Below are positions 1-8,443 of a DNA stretch of 64,000 nt, piece by piece (position 1 is the stretch's first letter; every line of letters starts with the position of its first letter). The translations under genes and the position numbers were made by a program. The stretch spans positions 42,903-106,902 of the forward strand of contig DAML01000012.1 of assembly GCA_002497075.1 (NCBI GenBank), read 5' to 3'. A model generated the notes under the pieces. It was not told the DNA's origin and ran no database searches. It was given only the letters and a program-made list of their open reading frames with translations. Origin of the DNA: Methanomassiliicoccaceae archaeon UBA472 (GTDB taxonomy: Archaea; Thermoplasmatota; Thermoplasmata; Methanomassiliicoccales; UBA472).

Positions 1-1402
1 GAACGATTTTTGCCTGATGAGCGAGGATGAGGTGAATATCCCGGAAGGAATGGAGCGCCGGGGCCTGTGTCTTCCGGACATCCCGGAGATGGATGTTGTT
101 CGCCACTACGTCAACCTCTCCCAGATGAACTTCGGTGTCGACAACGGAATGTATCCGCTCGGTTCGTGCACTATGAAGTACAACCCCAAGTACGCGGACA
201 AATTGGCGTCGCTGCCGACCGTGACTTCCGTACATCCGTGCCAGGACGAGGATTCCATGCAGGGCGCGCTGCGCCTCATGCGCGAGCTGGAGAAGGCGCT
301 TTGCGCGATATCGTACATGGACGCGGTAACTTTACAGCCTGCGGCCGGCGCCCAAGGCGAGTTCACTGGCATGCTCATCGCCAAAGCGTACCACGAAGAC
401 AGGGAGGACCCGCGCACGGAAGTGATCGTTCCTGATTCCGCTCACGGAACCAATCCGGCAAGTGCGGCAATGGCCGGTTTCACGGTGATAGAGATCCCGT
501 CCGGACCGGACGGGTGCGTGGACCTGGAGGCGCTCGGCGCAGCGTTATCGGAACGTACGGCAGCGGTCATGGTCACCAACCCCAATACCCTCGGCCTTTT
601 CGAGAAGGACATAACGAAATTGGCGGAGATGGTTCACGCCGCCGGAGCGCTGCTCTATTACGACGGGGCGAACCTGAACGCTATCATGGGCATGACCGCC
701 CCGGGCCTCATGGACTTCGACATCGTTCACTTCAACCTGCACAAGACGTTCGCGACGCCACACGGCGGCGGCGGTCCGGGAGCCGGACCGGTCGGCGTAA
801 AGCAGTTCCTGGAACCGTACCTGCCAGTGCCGCGCATTGTTTCCGAAGACGGAAAATACCGTCTGGACTATGAGCGCTTCGACACCATCGGTAAAGTACG
901 TTCAATGTTCGGCAATTTCGCTGTTCTCGTTCGAGCCTACTCGTACATCGTAGCCCTGGGAGGCGACGGTTTGAAGGAGGTATCGCAGAGGGCCGTGCTC
1001 AACTCGAACTATCTGAAGAGCAAGGTCGTTCCGACGTACGAAATGCCCTTCGCCCAGCTGCGCAAGCACGAGTTCGTCGTATCAGCAAAAACATTGGCCA
1101 AGGAGAAGGGCATACACGCCACCGACGTGGCCAAGGCTCTCCTGGACCGGGGCTTCATGTCCCCCACCATTTATTTCCCGTCCTTGGTGGAGGAAGCGCT
1201 GATGATCGAGCCGACCGAATCGGAGAGCAAGGAAACGTTGGACCGCTACGCCCAGGCTTTACTGGACATCGCCAACGGCGATCCCGCCGAGATAAAGGCC
1301 GCCCCGATATCCACGTCCATCTCCCGCGTGGACGAGGTGTACGCGGCGAAGGAACTCATCCTCAGCTGGAGGATCTATCAGCGCAAGGTGGGTCTGAAAT
1401 GA
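1..1402 (+). CDS. gcvPB: glycine dehydrogenase (decarboxylating) subunit 2 (GcvPB); 5' end probably outside the window
   Basis: ORF 17..1402. Motifs GSCTMKYNP and PLP-lysine region FNLHKTFATPHGGGGPG. The frame stays open from the ATG at 17 back to the window edge, and the N-terminus is short compared with bacterial GcvPB as I remember it. Confidence 0.9.
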   Translation, partial: NDFCLMSEDEVNIPEGMERRGLCLPDIPEMDVVRHYVNLSQMNFGVDNGMYPLGSCTMKYNPKYADKLASLPTVTSVHPCQDEDSMQGALRLMRELEKALCAISYMDAVTLQPAAGAQGEFTGMLIAKAYHEDREDPRTEVIVPDSAHGTNPASAAMAGFTVIEIPSGPDGCVDLEALGAALSERTAAVMVTNPNTLGLFEKDITKLAEMVHAAGALLYYDGANLNAIMGMTAPGLMDFDIVHFNLHKTFATPHGGGGPGAGPVGVKQFLEPYLPVPRIVSEDGKYRLDYERFDTIGKVRSMFGNFAVLVRAYSYIVALGGDGLKEVSQRAVLNSNYLKSKVVPTYEMPFAQLRKHEFVVSAKTLAKEKGIHATDVAKALLDRGFMSPTIYFPSLVEEALMIEPTESESKETLDRYAQALLDIANGDPAEIKAAPISTSISRVDEVYAAKELILSWRIYQRKVGLK

Positions 1403-2004
1403 GCGGAAAGGGCGTCTTCATCGTTCTGGAAGGGATAGACGGGACTGGGAAAAGCACCCTGTCCAAGAAGCTCAAGGCCTGGCTGGAGGAGCAAGGCCGA
1501 GAAGTTATTCTGACGGCGGAACCGAGCGACGATTGGTTAGGGGTGGCGGTACGCCGGGCGAACAGCGAGGACCTCGATCCCCGCACGGAATCGCTGCTGT
1601 TCACCGCCGACCGCTGCCAACATACGCTGCGCATCGAGGAGATGCTCAAGCAGGGCAAGGTCGTCATCTGCGACCGTTATTACGGCTCTACCGTCGCCTA
1701 TCAGGGGGCGGCGCTGGAGAAGGACATGGGCGATAACGCCGTATCGTGGCTGCTGAACCTGAACGGCCCTGTCGTGCGTCATCCGGACGTGACGATACTG
1801 CTGACGAGCGATCCCCAGGTAGCGATGCGCCGTGTCGGCAACCGCGGGGAGCTCAGCAAGTTCGAGCGGGAAGGATATCTTGGCAAGGTCCAGGACATCT
1901 ATCTGACGCTGGCCAGGGAAGCGAAATGGACCGTCGTCGACTCCAACGGAAAGCTGGGGGATGTGCTGGAATCGGTGAAGAAAGCGGTACAGGCATACGT
2001 TTAA
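1399..2004 (+). CDS. tmk: thymidylate kinase
   Basis: P-loop LEGIDGTGKST and typical Tmk length (201 aa). The ATG overlaps the gcvPB stop (ATGA at 1399-1402). Confidence 0.9.
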   Translation: MSGKGVFIVLEGIDGTGKSTLSKKLKAWLEEQGREVILTAEPSDDWLGVAVRRANSEDLDPRTESLLFTADRCQHTLRIEEMLKQGKVVICDRYYGSTVAYQGAALEKDMGDNAVSWLLNLNGPVVRHPDVTILLTSDPQVAMRRVGNRGELSKFEREGYLGKVQDIYLTLAREAKWTVVDSNGKLGDVLESVKKAVQAYV

Positions 2005-2028
2005 ATCGAGTCGGCCGAATTTAGCAAC

Positions 2029-3219
2029 ATGCACCCCTCCGAGGCTATCGTCGGTAGCCTGTCCTCCCTGTTGCAAGGGAAGAAGATCGTACTGGGCATA
2101 ACCGGTTCCATCGCCGCCGTGGAGTGCTTTGAGCTGGCCAGGGACCTCATGCGCCACGGTGCGACGGTGATTCCCGTTCTGACCGAGGAGGCACAGAAGC
2201 TTGTAACGCCGTATGCCATGAACTTCGCCACCGGACAGGAAACGATCGTGGAACTGGACGGCCGGGTGCAGCACGTGACGCTCTTTGGTGACGTCCCCGG
2301 AAGGGCGGACCTTCTGCTGATAGCGCCTTCCACCGCCAACACCATCTCCAAGATCGCCTGCGGTATCGACGACACTACGGTCACCACAATGGCCACCGTG
2401 GCCCTCGGTTCCGGCGTTCCGATCCTCATCGCGCCGGCCATGCACGGGGCGATGTTCAACAATCCCATGGTGGCCGAGAACATTGAACGTTTGAAGAAGG
2501 CGGGCGTGGAGTTCGTCGGCCCTCGCATGGAGGGGAAGAAGGCAAAGATCGCCGTGCGGGAGGAGATCGTCCATGCCGTCATCCGCAAGCTCTCCGAGGG
2601 AAAAATGAAAGGGCGCCGCCTTCTGATGATCGGCGGCTCTTCCGCGGAGAGCATGGACGACATGCGCATCGTGACCAACAAGGGAACCGGTGAGACCGCC
2701 GTCGAACTGGCCAAGGCCGCCTATCACGAGGGCGCGGACGTGGAGCTGTGGATGGGCCGCTGCACTGTGCTTCTTCCTTCCTTCATCCCGATAAAGCGCT
2801 TCGAGAGCCTGGCCGACCTGGAAAAGATGATTCCTGACATCGACCACGACCTGGTCGTGGTGCCGGCGGCCCTCTCTGACTTCACCTTCGACAAGAAGAG
2901 AGGAAAGCTTCCCTCAGAGGCCAAGGTGACCAAGCTGCAATTGAGATCCGTGCCGAAGATGCTGCCCCTGATCGTCAAGAGATGCGACAAGGTGATCGGG
3001 TTCAAGGCCGAGTCCGGCGTCAAGAAAGATGACCTGGTGAAGGAGGCTGTCGAGTCGCTCGACCGCAACTTGCTGCAGGCGGTCGTGGCCAACGACCTTG
3101 ATGATGTCAAACCGGGCAGAACCAAGGTCGTTTTCGTCCGTTCCAGATATCAGGCCGAGATCGAAGGGAGCAAGACCGAAGTGGCGCACCAGCTTATCAA
3201 GGAGATGTCCAGGATATGA
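2029..3219 (+). CDS. coaBC: bifunctional phosphopantothenoylcysteine decarboxylase / phosphopantothenate-cysteine ligase (CoaBC/Dfp)
   Basis: N-terminal flavoprotein motifs (GITGSIAA, APAMHGAM) followed by a CoaB-like half; 396 aa. Confidence 0.88.
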   Translation: MHPSEAIVGSLSSLLQGKKIVLGITGSIAAVECFELARDLMRHGATVIPVLTEEAQKLVTPYAMNFATGQETIVELDGRVQHVTLFGDVPGRADLLLIAPSTANTISKIACGIDDTTVTTMATVALGSGVPILIAPAMHGAMFNNPMVAENIERLKKAGVEFVGPRMEGKKAKIAVREEIVHAVIRKLSEGKMKGRRLLMIGGSSAESMDDMRIVTNKGTGETAVELAKAAYHEGADVELWMGRCTVLLPSFIPIKRFESLADLEKMIPDIDHDLVVVPAALSDFTFDKKRGKLPSEAKVTKLQLRSVPKMLPLIVKRCDKVIGFKAESGVKKDDLVKEAVESLDRNLLQAVVANDLDDVKPGRTKVVFVRSRYQAEIEGSKTEVAHQLIKEMSRI

Positions 3220-4076
3220 AGGCCAAGGCGTTCTGCCCCGGGCACATCACCGGACTGTTCCAGGTCTGCCAGCACGAGGACGTCATGACCTGCGGCTCCC
3301 GCGGGGCCGGTCTCAGCATCTCGCTCGGCGTGATCAGCGACGTCGAAGTGTCCGAAGGAACGGGCAAGGTAGACATCTGGCTGAACGGGCTTAAGGCGGA
3401 CGCGCCGGTGACCGAGAGAGCTGTTCGCAACATCCTGGGAGACCGCCAGTTGGACGTCAAGGTGCGCAACGAGCTGCAGCTTCCCGTGGCGCAAGGTTTC
3501 GGGACGAGCGCCGCCGGCTCCATCTCCGCCGCCTGGGCCCTTGCCCATCTTTTAGGATTGCCGGAGAAGGACGCCTACGCCGCCGCGCATTCTGCGGAAA
3601 TAATCAACCGCACGGGCATGGGCGATGTGTCCGGAATTATGCGCGCCGGAATCGAACTGCGCAGGAAACCGGGGCTGCCGCCGATCGGTCACGTCGACCG
3701 GATGAACGGCCACATGGACCTTGTCCTTGCGGTCGTTGGACCGTCCATACCGACGGCCGAGATGCTCTCGAAGAAGGAGACGCTGGAGAAGATCAATTCC
3801 GTTGGCTCCCGATGCGTCGATTCACTGATGAAGGAGCCGACGCTGGAGAACTTCTTCCGTTTATCGAACGAGTTCATGGACGGCTCCGGTCTGGCGACGC
3901 CGGAGATCAGAAGGGCTGTGTGGGAAGCGAAGAAATGGGGCTGGGCCAGCCAGGCCATGATCGGCAATTCCGTTTTCGCCACCAGCCCGGACCTGGACCT
4001 TTTGAGCGAGACGTTATCGCAGTTCGGAGAGGTCTTCCGATGCTCGGTGGATACGAAGGGGCCGAGGCTGCTCTGA
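3216..4076 (+). CDS. pantoate kinase (archaeal CoA pathway, GHMP kinase superfamily)
   Basis: N-terminal CPGHITGLF and GHMP motif PVAQGFGTSAAGSISAA. The start overlaps the coaBC stop (ATGA). Family assignment is from memory of COG1829-type proteins. Confidence 0.75.
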   Translation: MKAKAFCPGHITGLFQVCQHEDVMTCGSRGAGLSISLGVISDVEVSEGTGKVDIWLNGLKADAPVTERAVRNILGDRQLDVKVRNELQLPVAQGFGTSAAGSISAAWALAHLLGLPEKDAYAAAHSAEIINRTGMGDVSGIMRAGIELRRKPGLPPIGHVDRMNGHMDLVLAVVGPSIPTAEMLSKKETLEKINSVGSRCVDSLMKEPTLENFFRLSNEFMDGSGLATPEIRRAVWEAKKWGWASQAMIGNSVFATSPDLDLLSETLSQFGEVFRCSVDTKGPRLL

Positions 4077-4077
4077 A

Positions 4078-4371
4078 TCACTCGTATAAAGTGAAAAGCT
4101 GGTCGTCCTGCCCTACGTCGAACAGGCCGATGCGCGCCCCGCAATCAAGCCAGCCGTGCGCGTAATTAACGGAAGCGAACGCGTTCACGTAATCGCCCTG
4201 CTCGGCGAAATGCTTGGCGTCCGAGAAATAAGTCCGAGCCATTTCCAGGAACGAATCTGCCAGCTTCCGATTGAAGGAGCGTTCCGGAGCGGAGATGGTT
4301 ACCTTTTCCAGAGCGCGCTTGGTTATCGAAAGGTACCGGTCCAGATGTTCCTTGGAAATGGTGTCCCTCAT
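4078..4371 (-). CDS. small helical protein, DUF357-like
   Basis: Start moved to the internal ATG at 4371 (MRDTISKEH...), because the longer ORF (to 4443) would overlap the 3' end of the upstream HerA-like gene. I associate the motif NAFASVNYAHGWLDCGARIGLF with archaeal DUF357 (unverified). Confidence 0.55.
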   Translation of the reverse strand: MRDTISKEHLDRYLSITKRALEKVTISAPERSFNRKLADSFLEMARTYFSDAKHFAEQGDYVNAFASVNYAHGWLDCGARIGLFDVGQDDQLFTLYE

Positions 4372-4372
4372 C

Positions 4373-6025
4373 TCACAGCCTCTTGGAGGGGATGATCTCC
4401 ACGGACTCCCCGCCATGCCTGCTTTGCCTGGGACGAACTTCAACGAACAAAGGCATCTGGATGTTGCCGCCCATGATGAGCGCGACGCCTATCGGCAATC
4501 GCTGTATCTCCTGGTCCATGCCCTCCTGCAGGCCTTCCACGGATGATACGATCGCTTTCAGGTCGTTGGGGTTGGTGACCTTGAGGATCATCTGGGTGTT
4601 GCACTGCGACAGCACGTTCTTGTCGATCTTGGCCGCCCTCTGCGATATGATCGTCAGTCCGAGACCGAACTTGCGGCCTTCTGCGGCGATCGTCCGGAAT
4701 ATTTTGGAACATGACGTAACGCCCTGCTGCGGGCAGAAGTTGTGCGCCTCCTCGGCGATCATCATCATCGGAGGGACCTTGCCCAGCTTGCGCAGCTCGA
4801 ACATGGCCGTCGCCAGCCTAGTGACGATAAGCTCCTGAATGTCGGGGGGCGTTCCCCTCAGGTTGATTATGGTGGTCTTACCCTGGGAGATGATCTCGTC
4901 GATCTTGGTGCCCTGCGGCGCGAATATGTTGACCTCGTTCAGGTACGCCAGCTCGGCGATGAGAGTCTGATTGTTGGCGTCCTCGTCGGACTCCAGCATG
5001 GCTATGATCTCTTTGAGCCCGTAATCCTTCTTGACCGCTTTGAGGCCGTCGATGGCCTTGCGCAAGGCGTTCAGGTAGACCTTGCCGTTCTTGATAGTGG
5101 TGAGAGCCAAAAGGTCCCGGGCGTCGATGTTAGCCAGGGTGAACTTCAAAGGCTTGGCGCCCTTGTTGATCGTGGTGTCAGTGGCGAACTCCATTATCTT
5201 GTCATTGAAGCCGGCGGGCTGGATGCCGAAATCACGCTTGCCGGGCATTACGGTTCCGATGTCGCGCATCGCCCCGTACTCGCCGTGCGGGTCAAGGATC
5301 AGCACGGTCACGTCGTGCTTCATTAGTTCTTCAACAAGATCTCCGCACAGGAAGCTCTTACCGCCGCCTGTTTTGGCGAGAATGCTCACGTGCTTCTGGA
5401 CCATGGCGTTGATGTCCACCTCGACGTTGATGTCGTAGCCGAAGAGCTTACCTAGATACGCCCCAGTGGGCGTGTTCTCCTTGAGCCCGATGACGTCCTT
5501 GATGAGCTGGTCCTTGGCCCGATAGACCATGTCCCCGGCCTTGAAGGGAGAGCGCGGCACTTGCAGCAGCTTCCTCTCGTCCCGGTAGCCGAGAATGGAT
5601 ATCTGGGCGATGACGATCTCATCGATCTCCACGTCCATGCCTTCGCTGAGCCTCTTCGCCCGTTCGAGCGTGAGATCGGTCTTGCGCTCCATGTCGGAAA
5701 CCTGACCGAGCACCCAGCCATGCGATTGGTGAACCACTTGAACGTAATCCATCTTCTGCAGGTCTCCGAGCACCCGCAGATGGAAGGACGTCGCCCCGAC
5801 GTTGCCGTAGATCATGCCCACGCCGTCGAGGTGGCCGTACGTCTCGTCCTCCAAGGTGTGCTCCGAGGGCTTGCGCTCCCGGTGAACGACAACTTCGTCC
5901 GGAGTTCCGACGTCCTCGACGTTGTCATCCAGGACCTCTTCCTCCACGAACGTGTCCTCTTCCTCCTCGGCAGGAAGGGGAGCCTTTCCGCTGGACTCTG
6001 AAATAGAATTGGTTTGCATTCCCAT
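4373..6025 (-). CDS. HerA-like / DUF87 P-loop ATPase (COG0433 type)
   Basis: Walker A LAKTGGGKSF, Walker B-like PPMMMIAEEAHNF, HerA-like layout. The track start (6049) is a GTG abutting the TATA-like box, so the start is set to ATG 6025 (MGMQTN...). About 60 aa of acidic N-terminal extension. Confidence 0.8.
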   Translation of the reverse strand: MGMQTNSISESSGKAPLPAEEEEDTFVEEEVLDDNVEDVGTPDEVVVHRERKPSEHTLEDETYGHLDGVGMIYGNVGATSFHLRVLGDLQKMDYVQVVHQSHGWVLGQVSDMERKTDLTLERAKRLSEGMDVEIDEIVIAQISILGYRDERKLLQVPRSPFKAGDMVYRAKDQLIKDVIGLKENTPTGAYLGKLFGYDINVEVDINAMVQKHVSILAKTGGGKSFLCGDLVEELMKHDVTVLILDPHGEYGAMRDIGTVMPGKRDFGIQPAGFNDKIMEFATDTTINKGAKPLKFTLANIDARDLLALTTIKNGKVYLNALRKAIDGLKAVKKDYGLKEIIAMLESDEDANNQTLIAELAYLNEVNIFAPQGTKIDEIISQGKTTIINLRGTPPDIQELIVTRLATAMFELRKLGKVPPMMMIAEEAHNFCPQQGVTSCSKIFRTIAAEGRKFGLGLTIISQRAAKIDKNVLSQCNTQMILKVTNPNDLKAIVSSVEGLQEGMDQEIQRLPIGVALIMGGNIQMPLFVEVRPRQSRHGGESVEIIPSKRL

Positions 6026-6048
6026 CCGGCTAAGATATAAGGCGCGCA

Positions 6049-6060
6049 CGATAAATAAGT
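6049..6060 (-). promoter_or_regulatory. TATA/BRE-like box for the HerA-like gene (ACTTATTTATCG on the minus strand)
   Basis: The A/T core lies 26-33 nt upstream of ATG 6025. It is the exact inverted copy of the box at 6128..6139. Confidence 0.5.
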
Positions 6061-6127
6061 TGGGGAGGGGCTGAACGTGGCATTCGATCTCGTGTTTGGT
6101 GTGATGCGCCGCCAGCCGGGGAGAATC

Positions 6128-6139
6128 ACTTATTTATCG
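6128..6139 (+). promoter_or_regulatory. TATA/BRE-like box for prs (ACTTATTTATCG)
   Basis: The A/T core lies 22-29 nt upstream of ATG 6159, implying a leaderless or near-leaderless mRNA. Confidence 0.5.
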
Positions 6140-6158
6140 GTAACCTGATTCCCAGGCG

Positions 6159-7013
6159 ATGATAGTTATCGGTGGCTCCGCCTCCTCGAACCTGGCCAAG
6201 GACCTGGCCAAGCAGCTGAACGCTGAGTACGTGCAGGCCGTCAACAAGACCTTCCCGGATGGCGAGACCTACACGCGGATCGAGGCCGAGTCGCTGCGCG
6301 GCGAGGTCGTGATCGTTCAGAACTCCTATCCGAACGACAAGCTCGTTGAGCTTCTTCTTCTGCAGGACGCCGCCTGGGGACTGGGTGCTGAAAAGGTGAC
6401 CTGTGTCATCCCCTACTTCGGCTATGCCCGACAGGACGAGCGCTTCAACCGTGGCGAACCGCTTTCCGCCAAGGTCATGGTGGAGCACATCCAGATGAGG
6501 GCGGACAAGGTAATTCTCGTCGACATTCACAACCCGGAGATCATGGACTGGTTCACCAAGGCCAAGGTGAAGGACGTTCACGCCGCGCCCTGCGTCGGGG
6601 ACTTCTTCAAGGAGTTTGGGGTCGATCTCGTCCTGGCTCCGGACGAGGGTGCGCTGAAGCGGGCCGGCTGGACCGCCGAGCGCCTGGGCGTGGACTGGGA
6701 CTATCTGGTCAAGACAAGACTTTCCGGCACGCATGTGCACATGACGCCCAAGAACATCGACGCCAAGGACCGCAAGGTGCTCATCGTGGACGATATTATC
6801 TCCACCGGCGGGACCATCGTGGCCGCGACCGAAGAGCTGAAGAGGCTCGGGGCGCGCACGGTCATGGCCGCCTGCACGCACGGGCTGTTCGTCGGCAACG
6901 CCCTGGACAACCTCAAGAAGCACGTGGACAAGCTGGCCTGCGCCAATACGCTCGAATCAGAGGTCTCGCAGATCTCGGTGGCGCCGGAAGTGGCCAAGGC
7001 CATCCTGGAATAA
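6159..7013 (+). CDS. prs: ribose-phosphate pyrophosphokinase
   Basis: PRPP-binding loop VLIVDDIISTGGT and typical N-terminal FPDGE motif. Confidence 0.92.
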   Translation: MIVIGGSASSNLAKDLAKQLNAEYVQAVNKTFPDGETYTRIEAESLRGEVVIVQNSYPNDKLVELLLLQDAAWGLGAEKVTCVIPYFGYARQDERFNRGEPLSAKVMVEHIQMRADKVILVDIHNPEIMDWFTKAKVKDVHAAPCVGDFFKEFGVDLVLAPDEGALKRAGWTAERLGVDWDYLVKTRLSGTHVHMTPKNIDAKDRKVLIVDDIISTGGTIVAATEELKRLGARTVMAACTHGLFVGNALDNLKKHVDKLACANTLESEVSQISVAPEVAKAILE

Positions 7014-7015
7014 AT

Positions 7016-8254
7016 TCACCATTCCGGGTCCGGCACCGGTTCGCGCCATATGTAGCGCACCGAGATGGGCACGTCCCGTTTCGAACGAACCTGGTCCAGC
7101 ACCATTCGTGCGTGGTCGGGGTCGAGGTCTAACGTCCTCAACGTCGATCCGTCGTTCAAGTGCAACACCAATGGATTGATTATCTCCCGGGGCTCGATCC
7201 CGCTTTCGGCCGAGTTCACGGGGGTCCTGAGGATGGTTATGTGAGATACCGTCCACCATACTCCCTGCCTCCGCCTGGGCGTCTTCGAGTCGCCGCGGTA
7301 GAAGTAACCGTCGAAACCGGATTTGTCGACCACTAGAGGCGTGGCCTCGGCCAGATGGGTGGCGATCAGGTTGTCCATCAAACGAAACAGGACCACCGTG
7401 ACGGCCATCAGTAGTAGCGCCCCTAGCTGAACCCAGGGCATGAAACTGGTCACCCGGAAGGCCATGACCAAAGTACCTAGACAGGCCACGCCGAAGAGTA
7501 TGAAAGAGAATCCTATGATGAAGAGCGACCCGAACCGGTCCATCGGATCAGGACCTCTGCGAATCTTGTTCGTTCCGTCATCGACCGTGACCCGGACCTC
7601 AATGGTCTTGCCAGTGTAGGGCGATGACATCACCGGCCGTTTGAACAAGGCGGCGTCGAGCGAATCTTCCGCCGCTCCCCAGATCAACCGTCTAACGGTG
7701 CCCCGCCCCTTCCCCTGGTCGACCAGCCTGACCCTGCCCGTGGAGCGTATGGCATTGACCGCCCTGATGATGGTGTCGGGCGACCTAGGTCCGATCTTTA
7801 CCTTCTTCCCTTTGCGCCTGTGTATTACTAGAGATGTCGGGGAACCCCTCCAGAGGAAATTGGACTGCATCGTCCTTTCGATCATGGGGCCCCTGCCCAC
7901 CTCCAGCCGGTCCATCTCCGTGAATGGTATCTCGATCTTGATGAAGGACAGGATCGGATGCGAGAGGGTCAACCCCTGCTCATCCACGCTCAGCATCATG
8001 ATCTCCTTGACCTCCAAGAAAAAGGAGTGGGCCAAGGTCGATTCGAAGAAAATGAGGCACAGTGCGATCATGAGCGACAGGAACAAGTCGCCCTCGAGAG
8101 CTTCTCCCAGCACCAGATAGAACATGAAGGCGACGATCAACGTTCCGAAGAGGACGTTGACGAACATCATCCTTTTATGCCGCCCTAGGTCGGAGCCGCG
8201 ATTGGCGTTGGGTACCTCCTGAAATAGGACCTTGGGAAGGCCGTCGTTCACCAT
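7016..8254 (-). CDS. membrane protein with two tandem (2 TM + PH-like soluble domain) modules
   Basis: Two hydrophobic hairpins (FVNVLFGTLIVAFMFYLVLG / LFLSLMIALCLIFF and FGSLFIIGFSFILFGVACLG / WVQLGALLLMAVTVVLF). Each is followed by about 100 aa of beta-rich sequence. Start uncertain (GTG 8263, ATG 8254 or an internal MMF). Confidence 0.6.
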   Translation of the reverse strand: MVNDGLPKVLFQEVPNANRGSDLGRHKRMMFVNVLFGTLIVAFMFYLVLGEALEGDLFLSLMIALCLIFFESTLAHSFFLEVKEIMMLSVDEQGLTLSHPILSFIKIEIPFTEMDRLEVGRGPMIERTMQSNFLWRGSPTSLVIHRRKGKKVKIGPRSPDTIIRAVNAIRSTGRVRLVDQGKGRGTVRRLIWGAAEDSLDAALFKRPVMSSPYTGKTIEVRVTVDDGTNKIRRGPDPMDRFGSLFIIGFSFILFGVACLGTLVMAFRVTSFMPWVQLGALLLMAVTVVLFRLMDNLIATHLAEATPLVVDKSGFDGYFYRGDSKTPRRRQGVWWTVSHITILRTPVNSAESGIEPREIINPLVLHLNDGSTLRTLDLDPDHARMVLDQVRSKRDVPISVRYIWREPVPDPEW

Positions 8255-8410
8255 CACCAGCACATCGCTCTCCAGATATTGTCGAACGGATGATGTATAT
8301 CGTCATTTAAATAAATTACATTTTTTTTATACGGACGAAGGTATGGCGGCCAAGCGCATGGTGCCCACCGTTCCTGCTTAGGCTTCGGCAAAGCCTTAAA
8401 ACGATACTGT

Positions 8411-8430
8411 TCATTCCGAATCATTCCGTA
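8411..8430 (+). repeat. tandem 10-mer TCATTCCG(A/T)A x2 just upstream of proS
   Basis: tcattccgaa tcattccgta at 8411-8430. The flanking 9-mer GCATGGTGC also occurs twice (8356-8364 and 8431-8439). Confidence 0.4.
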
Positions 8431-8443
8431 GCATGGTGCTAAC

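Noticed and set aside
1537-2847. 436-aa ORF on the minus strand spanning tmk and coaBC
   Set aside because: It is antisense to two well-supported genes. The composition is dominated by Arg/Gly/His/Leu/Asp with no recognisable motif. Long antisense ORFs of this kind are typical of GC-rich DNA.
6126-6923. 265-aa minus-strand ORF
   Set aside because: Antisense to prs, with no motifs and GC-rich artefact composition.
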